A stretch of DNA of 64,000 nucleotides from a virus, in the IMG/VR virus record IMGVR_UViG_3300032246_002986, positions 1 to 64,000 of that record. The stretch is one strand, 5' to 3'. Position 1 is the first letter of the stretch; each line of letters opens with the position of its first letter. The notes below the pieces were generated by a model. The model did no database searches and was not told the origin of the DNA. It worked only from the letters and a program-made list of their open reading frames with translations. Below are positions 15,842 to 25,133 of this stretch, one piece after another. Made by a program: the position numbers and the translations under genes.

Positions 15842-18072
15842 CGCTGACTGAAATATTCATCTAACCATCGCCATTCCACGGTTTTCAGCAGTTCGTCGTG
15901 GTACACCAAGCTGCCATAATATTCTATGGCATCTGCTGCGCCCATCAACTGCCAATCTGCATCTGATCCCATGGCATTATGTTGCCACTGATGCAGGCGA
16001 TATTGGCTTTCGATGGTCATTTCACTTATATTGGCATCCAATAATTTGATCACTTCACGAAAAGCGGTACGCCAGCTGATAACCGGATCGGTCAACATTG
16101 TTTCGCTGACTACTTCAGGCACCACCGTGTGTTTTTGTGCCAGTGTTATATCCAACCCACCACGATTGTCCAACATCAGTCTCGCATTATAAGCGATGGG
16201 AGCCATATGCCCATATGTCAGTCCAGTGTTGAGATTACGATTGTGGAATATGTAGTGTTTGGGTTCCTGCCAATAGTCTGGTGTCCAGTTCATCTCGACC
16301 AGGCTGGGCAAAACCTGGCACTTGGCGAATACTGCTATGAACCAGGGCGTGGTGCTCATACTGCTTGCTGCCTTGTAAGCAGCCAATCTGCCATTTACAC
16401 CTGTGAGCAACTTGGCATCAGGACAGATGCTCAGTAACCGCTGGTAATTCGCATCAGCATCTGGTTCGCCATTGCTGATGAAGATAACATCTGTTTTTTC
16501 ATCTGGCGCACAGTATTGTTTTAACAGATATGGATATTGATATATTTCTGTGGCGCAGACACAGTCCCTGGGTACCAGACTGATGCTGTGGCTTTTATTG
16601 AGTGCCATCACTGGTCTTTTTTCCCACAGGCACACGATAGGTTGCTCAGGCACAGATAGACCGCTGGGCACGAACAGGCTATACAAAGCGTGATCGCGTT
16701 TGATCAATGCCTCAGATAGACTGTCATTGTCATATGATACCACTGGCCAGGGTTTACGTTTCACGCTGCTGTGATCGAAATTGAATTCCATCTTGTCGGG
16801 GTCGAAACTAGGCACGTGTATGAGGAACGTATCACCTTTCTCACAATCGCCACTGGGCCAACAATGCACCTGATGCCTCTGATCCAGGTCGGGCAACCAG
16901 TGGAAATCGAATCCAGTATAGTCACAACAGTCTGCTATGATCCACAGCCATTCCTGTTCAGCTTTGTTCACAGCATTACGGATGCTCTGCTGCATCGTGG
17001 TTATCAGTTTGACGTTATAATCTGCGGTGTGTGGTTGCAGGCCCGTGTCCAGGTTACACACATTGGTATGGTGCTGTAATTGTTGCTGGGTATGGTAATA
17101 TTTGTACCCGGCGAAATCTGAGATGGCGTCCTGGTGTATCAGCCAGGTATAACTCAACTGTTGTTTGTCTCTGAGAGCGAAGCAATGGATGTATCTGGTG
17201 TCCCAGGCATCTGGTAACCAATCGAACGCTGCATCATCATACTGTATGCGTCGGTCTGCTATCCAGGTCCACTCCCTGCCTTGTGCTAATTCACAGGCAG
17301 CGTGGTAATCAGGCTTCTGTTTGCTGTGATCCTGCCAATATAACACAGGTGTCACATCGGCTTTGAATCTCAGATCGCTTTTACGGTATATGGTATGGTC
17401 CAGGCCGTCCCTGTTTACTAGCCTGGTATAACTGAGGCTTTCTGTGCCAGCTAGGCAGAACGCCTGTGTGCTGTACTGATCCCAGGCATCTGGTAACCAA
17501 CTCCAATCCCAACCAGTGTAGTCCACACGGTTATCAGCCAGCCAGGCCCATCGGACATCTTCAGGTATGGTGTCAGTGTCATAATAGATGGGCGTGTATT
17601 TCAGGCGCAGATCGCTTTTATGGTATTTCTTTATCTTGCTACCACGTGCCAGCCTGGTATAGCTCAGCTGCTGTGTGCCGGCCATTGCGAATTCGTGATC
17701 CTGATCCCAATCATAGATGCTGGGGAACCAAAGGAAATCGAATCCTTCATAACTGACTTCCTGATCAGTGTGCCATTGCCATAAGCCAGATGCCGCTCTT
17801 CTGACCGGTATCAGTGTATCATAAAAATGTTCGCCACTGCTGTCAGCTGTCAGCAACCAAGTGGTATAACACTCTGGATTGTTGTGGCTGGGCCAGGCGT
17901 GATTGAACTTGGTTTGATGCCTGTGTGGTATGAATCTTAGATCGAAATTGGTGTAATCTACGGCACGATGTAGCAACCACACAAACTCCGTGTTGGCTGC
18001 TGCTAATGCACTGGCTTTTAATTGTTGTATATCGGTACAATCGTCATAATCGTACCAGTAGATGTCAAACAT
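15778..18072 (-). CDS. repeat protein: five Trp-rich GT-A-like repeats plus a C-terminal glycosyltransferase-like domain
   Basis: Repeated W.W..D....Y..FD..WLPD.WD...H.F unit; C-terminal DVIFISNGEP...WRTAFREVIKL domain is paralogous to 27867..28799. Confidence 0.7.
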   Translation of the reverse strand: MFDIYWYDYDDCTDIQQLKASALAAANTEFVWLLHRAVDYTNFDLRFIPHRHQTKFNHAWPSHNNPECYTTWLLTADSSGEHFYDTLIPVRRAASGLWQWHTDQEVSYEGFDFLWFPSIYDWDQDHEFAMAGTQQLSYTRLARGSKIKKYHKSDLRLKYTPIYYDTDTIPEDVRWAWLADNRVDYTGWDWSWLPDAWDQYSTQAFCLAGTESLSYTRLVNRDGLDHTIYRKSDLRFKADVTPVLYWQDHSKQKPDYHAACELAQGREWTWIADRRIQYDDAAFDWLPDAWDTRYIHCFALRDKQQLSYTWLIHQDAISDFAGYKYYHTQQQLQHHTNVCNLDTGLQPHTADYNVKLITTMQQSIRNAVNKAEQEWLWIIADCCDYTGFDFHWLPDLDQRHQVHCWPSGDCEKGDTFLIHVPSFDPDKMEFNFDHSSVKRKPWPVVSYDNDSLSEALIKRDHALYSLFVPSGLSVPEQPIVCLWEKRPVMALNKSHSISLVPRDCVCATEIYQYPYLLKQYCAPDEKTDVIFISNGEPDADANYQRLLSICPDAKLLTGVNGRLAAYKAASSMSTTPWFIAVFAKCQVLPSLVEMNWTPDYWQEPKHYIFHNRNLNTGLTYGHMAPIAYNARLMLDNRGGLDITLAQKHTVVPEVVSETMLTDPVISWRTAFREVIKLLDANISEMTIESQYRLHQWQHNAMGSDADWQLMGAADAIEYYGSLVYHDELLKTVEWRWLDEYFSQRHSADLTTLTTVSTSESLRCQ

Positions 18073-19156
18073 GACTCTGATAACCTGGCATCAAGTATGC
18101 TATCTGACGCTGTTCATAGTCTGCATCAGCCCAGTTATAATCGTATACAGCCACATCTGTGCCCACTTGCAGGCTATAGATGTCAAGATGACGGCTCATG
18201 GTATTCCAGATGCTTTCCACGTCGGTTGTACCGAAACTACGTTTAAAATCTATCCGGCCTATTTCCAGATAACCAAGGCTCAATTCCGGGTCAGCAGGAT
18301 CATATCCCTGGCGTTCCAACCAGATGTTGAAATCATCTATTTCCTGCGTATGCCAGGGTTGATTGCCATAAGTTATGTCACGTCCCCATTCGATGTCGAA
18401 CTCACCGCTGTAGTATTGCAGGTGCGTGATGGCATCGCAAGTGGCTGCATCTATATCTGGTGCGCCTTCGTCTCTGAACACTTCCATAAGTGTCTTGCCT
18501 ATCTGTGTCCAGTGCATATACACGTGGCCAAACTTGCGATCGAAACCGTTGGCAGCAAATCCTTTACGATGTTCTCGATTGAGTTTATATCTGCGAGCAT
18601 TCAGGAATGTGGTTATCTGGCTGGGCCTGACCCACTCGGGTGTGTAATGTGCTTTACGCAGGCTCAGACATAATGTCTCTATTTCGTGACACAGATTGTT
18701 CAGTTGTCTGATGCTGTACTTGGTTGCAGCATCTACTTTCTTGTAGTAATCACTGAGATTTTCCACAGTGCCTTGCAGATGCTCAAAATGATTGTGTATG
18801 AGATTCATAATATCATGGTTGGGTCCACCACCGCGCTCACCAGGAATATTAACATCAGTAAAAGGCACCATCACTTGATCCGGAGCGATCAGATCTATTT
18901 GCGGATAATCTGGTATACCTGTATTGATCTGCTGGATATGTCTGTTCAATTGTTCACACAAGTATGATAGATCACGCTGTGTCCTGGGCCAACCGTGCCA
19001 GCAGTAATTCTTTTCCAGATGGCTATTTTTCTGTATTTCTTGTTGCAAGGCACACAACCAGTCTGCTGCCAGTTCTGTGCCATTGCCATTGATATGTATG
19101 GGTAATAATTCCAAGGGAAACAGTGGATTTCTAACCGTCATTATTAAATCATTCAT
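18065..19156 (-). CDS. hypothetical protein within the radical SAM operon
   Basis: 363-aa ORF with 8-nt overlaps on both sides; IHNHFEHL and LNNLCHEIE His/Glu motifs. Confidence 0.8.
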   Translation of the reverse strand: MNDLIMTVRNPLFPLELLPIHINGNGTELAADWLCALQQEIQKNSHLEKNYCWHGWPRTQRDLSYLCEQLNRHIQQINTGIPDYPQIDLIAPDQVMVPFTDVNIPGERGGGPNHDIMNLIHNHFEHLQGTVENLSDYYKKVDAATKYSIRQLNNLCHEIETLCLSLRKAHYTPEWVRPSQITTFLNARRYKLNREHRKGFAANGFDRKFGHVYMHWTQIGKTLMEVFRDEGAPDIDAATCDAITHLQYYSGEFDIEWGRDITYGNQPWHTQEIDDFNIWLERQGYDPADPELSLGYLEIGRIDFKRSFGTTDVESIWNTMSRHLDIYSLQVGTDVAVYDYNWADADYEQRQIAYLMPGYQSHV

Positions 19157-20450
19157 CGATGCTTCTCCACCAGTCTTGAGCTGGCTTGTATGCTGATAAT
19201 ATACTATCCATAGTCAGATTGCAAGTTCTTATTTGCTCTAATTTCTGGATATGTGCTTTGCCTCGGCGAGCAGCCTGCTGATACTCATCTGGCCACTGCT
19301 CTGCGAATGTTGGTCTGGTTTTTAGATGCTGTAACACTTCCACGATGCTGCGATTACGATCAGATATTTCCGATATTATCTGATCTACCCAGGGTTCCAG
19401 GATGTGTCTGGGTAATGCCAGTGGGCTCATCATTATGTCTGGTGTGAAGGCGAATACAACCTTGCTCAATATGCCAATATCAAGATCAGCACCAAGAGCC
19501 ACAATACCGGCAATATCGGCAAGGCCAGGTAGAGTAAGAGTATGATCAAGACGAATTTGAGCAGGTCGTCGTTGGTGTTTAATGCCCTCTCTAATATTAC
19601 GAACAAAAGTATCATAATCAAGACCAGTTCTAACATATTCGCCTATGGCTCCTGTTGCGTCCAGACTGGCACATATCTCCCAGTGTGGAAAATTATCCAG
19701 CAGTTGATAAAGGTTACCCTTCTTGTCGTTTATATAGCTGAGGTTGGTGTTGTACCTGATGCGAACCTGATCAGCATATCCCAGCTCTACGATACGATGC
19801 ATGAATTCCCAGTGTTCTTCATACAGCAGTGGTTCTCCACCCACCCAGTATATTTCTCTAACTGATTTATTTTCGATGGCGTTGCGGAATTCTGGTATCA
19901 CAGTATCGCGAACAAAGTGTCTGATCTTGTGACGATTTTCTGGTCGCATCCAATGGTTTTTGGGATTGGCCAGATCCACCATATTGTTCTTTTGAACTTC
20001 TATCTCCCATTTGCTGCTGAGCATATCACCACACATACGGCAACTGAAGTTGCAAACGTTACTGTAACGATAGTCCCAGCTTATGGGGCTCAGACTGGTG
20101 GTGCCGTCGGCTGCGGTATGGTTAAGGATATCATCTCGCAGGTGACCGAACAGGTGTCCGAAATAATCGCGGTAAACACTAGTGTTGAGAAGTTTTTTAT
20201 CGCACACTTGACATTCGTCAGGTACTTGGCCACTGAGCCATTTGGTACGTACCTGTCTCACGTGCTCGCTGTTCCACCATTGATCCAATGCCAGCGGACG
20301 GAATTCTCCGTCACCGCCTGCCGTGTCTATGTATTGACGAAAATTTTGGGCAGGTTCTCTGCTCGCACAACATAGACGGCGTTCTCCTTGAGGACTGATG
20401 TAAGTGTGTGTCCAGGGTGCGACACAAAAATCATTTGCAGAGATGACCGT
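19149..20450 (-). CDS. N-terminal Twitch-domain radical SAM protein (7th), apparent non-ATG start
   Basis: CNFSCRMC and VGGEPL; frame continues upstream of the track's TTG start through DFCVAPWTH...RLCC to ACG 20450, with an in-frame TAG just upstream. Confidence 0.85.
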   Translation of the reverse strand, partial: TVISANDFCVAPWTHTYISPQGERRLCCASREPAQNFRQYIDTAGGDGEFRPLALDQWWNSEHVRQVRTKWLSGQVPDECQVCDKKLLNTSVYRDYFGHLFGHLRDDILNHTAADGTTSLSPISWDYRYSNVCNFSCRMCGDMLSSKWEIEVQKNNMVDLANPKNHWMRPENRHKIRHFVRDTVIPEFRNAIENKSVREIYWVGGEPLLYEEHWEFMHRIVELGYADQVRIRYNTNLSYINDKKGNLYQLLDNFPHWEICASLDATGAIGEYVRTGLDYDTFVRNIREGIKHQRRPAQIRLDHTLTLPGLADIAGIVALGADLDIGILSKVVFAFTPDIMMSPLALPRHILEPWVDQIISEISDRNRSIVEVLQHLKTRPTFAEQWPDEYQQAARRGKAHIQKLEQIRTCNLTMDSILSAYKPAQDWWRSIDE

Positions 20451-21678
20451 AATCCTTTTCTAACCAGGGAAATATTTGCCGCCAATCGGTATTACGACGC
20501 CGATCTATTTCATTTAAAAATATCAATAATTTTCTTATCTCATCCAGATTCTGGTTGTTGCTGTATATTTCCTTTATCAGACCAACAAAATAATCTTTTT
20601 GTCCTAGATAATTGATTTTATCAAATTTAACCAAGCTGCGATTTAAATCTTTGCTGAAATATTTTCCAAAGATGTTGGGAGCCAGATAGGATGGTTTAAC
20701 GATGGGCATAAACCAAAAATAAACAGGATTTATTTTGTTCCAGGTGTTGATCTTTTCTATAAGATCAGGTAATGTTTTCAAACCGATGTTGGTCAAAGCA
20801 GCATTGACAGTCACAGTGATTGATTTCTGTTGCAAGATGTAAACGAAATTTTCTTCCCACTGTTTCAGATCCAGACCAGTGCGGATGTATTCTGCTTCAG
20901 GTCCCCAGCAATCCAAACTGCAGGTTATCTGTAGGCTGCCTATCTGCTTATCGGTTATCAATTGATTGAATTTATCTATATACTTCTGCAACTTCCATTT
21001 GCTGGTTTTCAAATTAGTGAAAATGACTATTTTTATTTCTGGGTTGGAGTGTTTGCGGAAAAATTCCAAACACTCGTCCATCTCTTTCTGGAAAAATGGT
21101 TCTCCACCCAATATCTGCAATATCTTTATGTGCTGGTAATTTTTTTCCAGATATATCCATAACTGTTGTTTCAATTGATCATAATTTTTACCGTTGGCCA
21201 TGTCATTACTTTTGACTATTTCACTGTCTATGCGGATACTGCCGAATTTTTTCAATTCCTGTTCCCATACACTGCTGTAATAGGGCCCACAATAGATGCA
21301 ACTCATGTTACAGATATTATTGAAATATATTTCCAAGGTAGTGGGTGTGACGTTTGTAGCCAGGGGATTTTCTGATAATTCATGGGGAGTGTGTTCTCCT
21401 GAAAAATCTTGTTTGATGACTCGCTCACTTACACCCCCGGCCTGTTCGATATCTCGACAGTACTCACAACCATTTCCGGGCCATTGGCCCTGTAACATAG
21501 CTTCTCTATCTCTTATCTTTACAGGTAAATTATGAAAATCCTGGAAATTTTCCACAGTAAGGTCTGTCTGCTTGCAACGATGACAACTACTGGTGGTCTC
21601 CCTGTGCAAGAACACCGTGCTCCAGTTCCATTTTAGCCTGCAGGCAGTGGCGGTTTTGATGGGAAATTCTGACGTCAT
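20431..21678 (-). CDS. N-terminal Twitch-domain radical SAM protein (6th)
   Basis: CRLKW...SSCHRC...GCEYC, CNMSCIYC, LGGEPF, C-terminal DRRRNTDW..IFPW. Confidence 0.9.
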   Translation of the reverse strand: MTSEFPIKTATACRLKWNWSTVFLHRETTSSCHRCKQTDLTVENFQDFHNLPVKIRDREAMLQGQWPGNGCEYCRDIEQAGGVSERVIKQDFSGEHTPHELSENPLATNVTPTTLEIYFNNICNMSCIYCGPYYSSVWEQELKKFGSIRIDSEIVKSNDMANGKNYDQLKQQLWIYLEKNYQHIKILQILGGEPFFQKEMDECLEFFRKHSNPEIKIVIFTNLKTSKWKLQKYIDKFNQLITDKQIGSLQITCSLDCWGPEAEYIRTGLDLKQWEENFVYILQQKSITVTVNAALTNIGLKTLPDLIEKINTWNKINPVYFWFMPIVKPSYLAPNIFGKYFSKDLNRSLVKFDKINYLGQKDYFVGLIKEIYSNNQNLDEIRKLLIFLNEIDRRRNTDWRQIFPWLEKDYGHLCK

Positions 21679-22715
21679 AGGTTGTTCACCGGTAAGTTGG
21701 CAACGTTTTTCAGATAATCGATATTATCTAAATATTGTTGGTGTCTGGGATGTGCGGGTTTCCATACTGCTTGATCGTCGAAATTAGGATAGGTGTTCCA
21801 GTCCAGGATTTTAGTAAAGTTGATCTTCCACCTGGGATATTCAGACATAAATTGTTTTGCCAACAATAGGTCATCCAGATTAAGAGCTTGCACTACATAG
21901 GAAAAATTTACCTGTAGCTCAGGTTTGGTATCCCTGAGCCAATGTAGATTTTCCAGGAGATTTTTATAATTTCCACCACGTCTGACCTGCTCATATACAG
22001 GTTTACTGAAAGCGTCGATGGATATTTCCACCTGTTTGATTTTATCTTCCATATGTGACAATTTGTGCCATCTGTCTTTCATCAACAGTCCATTGGTCCG
22101 CAATTTTATCTCACTCTCTGGATGATTCAACTGGAATTTAGTCACAAAGTCAATGTACAGATTGCTGGCAAATAAATCGCCATCGCCAAATAAGGTAAGT
22201 TTCAAAGGATGCTGGTATACATTGATCAACTGCGCCAGCTTGTCCAGTATTCGTTGTTTCTTGTCATATTCAGGACCGGATTTGTAGTACACGAATTCAT
22301 TACGACAACTGGGACAGGTCAGATTGCAACTGCGATCCACTGCTATCTCGATGATATAGGGTCTAGCTACTGTGGGCAATGATGATAAACCAGTGCGATT
22401 GCCTTTTAAAAAACTACAGATATTCAAAGCACAGTATCTGTAACTGCCATCCGCTACGCCGGATTGGATTTCTTTGGCTCTGGGACTGGCCATTATTTCT
22501 TCCAATGAGCCAAAGTCTTGCAGATTGCCCACGCTTATGGGCAACCATTCGCTGCAACCACATACAAAGCAGCGTCCCTGATGATCTATGTTTAGGCTAT
22601 TCCAGGGATATTCACATATGCAATCTAATTTTAAATCTTTATCGAAATCCATTTTGTGTACGCGATACTTGAATCGCATATCTGGATCAAGATCTTTGAA
22701 AGTTATCTTACTCAT
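21675..22715 (-). CDS. radical SAM protein with N-terminal SPASM/Twitch-like domain (5th)
   Basis: CEYPW...CFVCGC...YRYC...C, CNLTCPSC; GDGDLF replaces GGEP. Confidence 0.88.
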   Translation of the reverse strand: MSKITFKDLDPDMRFKYRVHKMDFDKDLKLDCICEYPWNSLNIDHQGRCFVCGCSEWLPISVGNLQDFGSLEEIMASPRAKEIQSGVADGSYRYCALNICSFLKGNRTGLSSLPTVARPYIIEIAVDRSCNLTCPSCRNEFVYYKSGPEYDKKQRILDKLAQLINVYQHPLKLTLFGDGDLFASNLYIDFVTKFQLNHPESEIKLRTNGLLMKDRWHKLSHMEDKIKQVEISIDAFSKPVYEQVRRGGNYKNLLENLHWLRDTKPELQVNFSYVVQALNLDDLLLAKQFMSEYPRWKINFTKILDWNTYPNFDDQAVWKPAHPRHQQYLDNIDYLKNVANLPVNNL

Positions 22716-23856
22716 AACTTATCGCCCGTGCCATCTCAGGATGATGATCACTGTATTTTTGTTTACGTTGGCGATCGCTCTGTTTCAAGACCCTGACTAA
22801 TTCCCTGGTGCGATCAGGATAGGCCATCTGCATGAATTGTATCACTCCGGCGATATCTTCTTTATAAGGGCCCTGATACTCTGCAAATTTATCTGAGACT
22901 ATTTTTTTAGCACTGGCATTAAGAGCTTTTACACTGAAATGATCTGCGCTGTGTAACACGTTGAAATAGACGAAATCGAAATGCTGTTGTTGTATCCAAG
23001 GTGCTATCTGGTCCAGATAATAGACATTCAGTGCGTTCACAGTGATGCACAGTTGCAGAACGATGTTGCTGCTGCCATCTCTGAGCTGACGAAACTTATC
23101 CAAGTTAGTTTGAGTATCTGCCCATTTAGCACCATAACGCTGGTACTCGAATCGCTCATACATATCATCCACGCTCACCGCTATCTCCACTTTCTTGAAG
23201 TGCGGCCATAATTCCAGGCCTTTTTCCGGCACTATGGTGGTGTTGGTGTTGTAATGTATCTCTATATTCTTGCTGTGACCATTCTGCACTGCCAATTCCA
23301 GTAATTCGAAATGCTCGTCAATCAGGAAAGGTTCGCCACCTGTGAACTCGAAGTATTTGACCTTGTGCAGGTTGTCTCGGAGATCCGACCAGAAATCCCG
23401 GCTGTCCCTGGGCCAGTTGCCGCTCTTGAGGTTTGCTCGTGCAGTGGTATTTTTTGGGCTTATGGCTATCTCTTCGGCTGCCCACTTGCTGCTGCTGAAA
23501 CTGCCACAGATGCGACATTTGAGATTACATATATTGCCCAATTTAAGATCTATGAATTGCAGTTGGTTGACACCTGCATCTATACTGACGCTGCGTAGCT
23601 TGTTGATGCTGTGCATACGCTTGCTGGTCCTGCCAGCTGCTTCTTCATCCCAGCAACGCACACAGTTTTCTGGTTTTTCATTCTGTAGGAATTGCTGCCT
23701 CATCTGGTTCATATAATCGCTGTGAAAAGCATCAGTGAGGGTATGGCTACGCAGATCTATGTCAGGTATGGTCTCTGTGCTGAGACAACAAACCTTGCAC
23801 TTGCCCATGGGATCTGCTTCTATGCTGGTAAACGGTAGTGGACAAAAAGTGTTCAT
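22708..23856 (-). CDS. N-terminal Twitch-domain radical SAM protein (4th)
   Basis: FCPLPF...CKVCC...CVRC, CNLKCRIC, TGGEPF. Confidence 0.9.
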   Translation of the reverse strand: MNTFCPLPFTSIEADPMGKCKVCCLSTETIPDIDLRSHTLTDAFHSDYMNQMRQQFLQNEKPENCVRCWDEEAAGRTSKRMHSINKLRSVSIDAGVNQLQFIDLKLGNICNLKCRICGSFSSSKWAAEEIAISPKNTTARANLKSGNWPRDSRDFWSDLRDNLHKVKYFEFTGGEPFLIDEHFELLELAVQNGHSKNIEIHYNTNTTIVPEKGLELWPHFKKVEIAVSVDDMYERFEYQRYGAKWADTQTNLDKFRQLRDGSSNIVLQLCITVNALNVYYLDQIAPWIQQQHFDFVYFNVLHSADHFSVKALNASAKKIVSDKFAEYQGPYKEDIAGVIQFMQMAYPDRTRELVRVLKQSDRQRKQKYSDHHPEMARAISYE

Positions 23857-25133
23857 AGCAGGTCCTTGAATTCAGGTATGACATCCAGGATGTTTTCTCC
23901 ACGTATCTGATCCAACTGATTGGTTTTTTGCCAAAACTTGGCCAGCAGATGTGATTTGTCCTCTGCGTTCATGAATTTGATAGCACTCTCGAATCCCACG
24001 GTGGCCCGGGTCAGTGTGTCGTGTGGACGCAACCATTCCAGATGTTCGGTGTATAAATCGGTTATCTGTTGTTTGGATTTCACAGGCAGCACATCCAATC
24101 GATACCTGTCAGGATTTTGTAGGATGTTGATATTAAGATCCTGGTGCTTGATGAAACCTTTGCTGACCCAGTCTTTGTGGAACTCTGGCAGATGCCAGGC
24201 GTTCATTATACTGAGCGTGGGACTGATGTAGAAATCCACACCAGGACATATCTTGAGCATCTGTTCTCTGTTGGATTCCACATTGGCCCACTTGGTGCCC
24301 TTGCGTATGTATTCTGCTGTATCACCCATAGCATCCAGGCTGGCACCCACGCTGACACTGCGAAACTCTCGCCACAATTCAAGCACATTGGTCTTCTTGT
24401 AGACCAGTTCGCTGAAATTGGTGTTGTAGATCAGCCTGACATTGGTCCTGCCTCTGGCTATCAATTCCTTTAACAGGCGATAATGTTCTTCCATTATCAG
24501 TGGTTCGCCTCCAGCAAAATACACCTGCTCCAGATTATCGATCTGGGGTTCCAACTGATTCCATATGTCATCGGGATCGCGTCCTGCGAAGTTGATGCGT
24601 TTGTTTTTGCTTTTCCATTCTTCTCCGGCCAGCTTGACCTGATCATCATACCAGTTACTACTGAAGATATGTCCACAGCTACGGCAACGCAGGTTACACA
24701 GGTTACTGAATCTGATGTCCCAGTAGATCAATCTCATCTGTTCCACGGTACCGTCGCTCAGCGTGTCATCCGTCAGAGCGATGTGATGTCCGAAATGCTT
24801 GTTGGCGCTCAGTCGCATACTGAAGAAACCCGACTGTTCCTGTTCATAACATCTGGTACAGCCAGCAACAGGTTCGCCATTCAACATCTTCAGTCTGACA
24901 TCACGCAACGCCGTGTCATTCCATATTTCTTTTATGGTTTTATCACGGGTATTGCCTATGACATCGGCATCGTTGGTGTTACAACAGGGATATGCTTCTC
25001 CAGTGGGAAAAGCGTGGATGTGTATCCAGGGGTACATACAAAAACTGTCGTTGTTGTATATGAGATCCTTGTGTTTTTCAGAGAAATTCTTGACAGGTAC
25101 GAGTGGGTCTTTGCTGTTATAGTTGTACTTCAT
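23853..25133 (-). CDS. N-terminal Twitch-domain radical SAM protein (3rd)
   Basis: FCMYPW...YPCC...CTRC, CNLRCRSC, AGGEPL. Confidence 0.9.
   Translation of the reverse strand: MKYNYNSKDPLVPVKNFSEKHKDLIYNNDSFCMYPWIHIHAFPTGEAYPCCNTNDADVIGNTRDKTIKEIWNDTALRDVRLKMLNGEPVAGCTRCYEQEQSGFFSMRLSANKHFGHHIALTDDTLSDGTVEQMRLIYWDIRFSNLCNLRCRSCGHIFSSNWYDDQVKLAGEEWKSKNKRINFAGRDPDDIWNQLEPQIDNLEQVYFAGGEPLIMEEHYRLLKELIARGRTNVRLIYNTNFSELVYKKTNVLELWREFRSVSVGASLDAMGDTAEYIRKGTKWANVESNREQMLKICPGVDFYISPTLSIMNAWHLPEFHKDWVSKGFIKHQDLNINILQNPDRYRLDVLPVKSKQQITDLYTEHLEWLRPHDTLTRATVGFESAIKFMNAEDKSHLLAKFWQKTNQLDQIRGENILDVIPEFKDLL

Noticed and set aside
20460-20462. TAG readthrough or alternative genetic code as an explanation for the missing start codon
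   Set aside because: TAG ends genes normally elsewhere (3945, 6456, 8722) and long genes are not fragmented under the standard code
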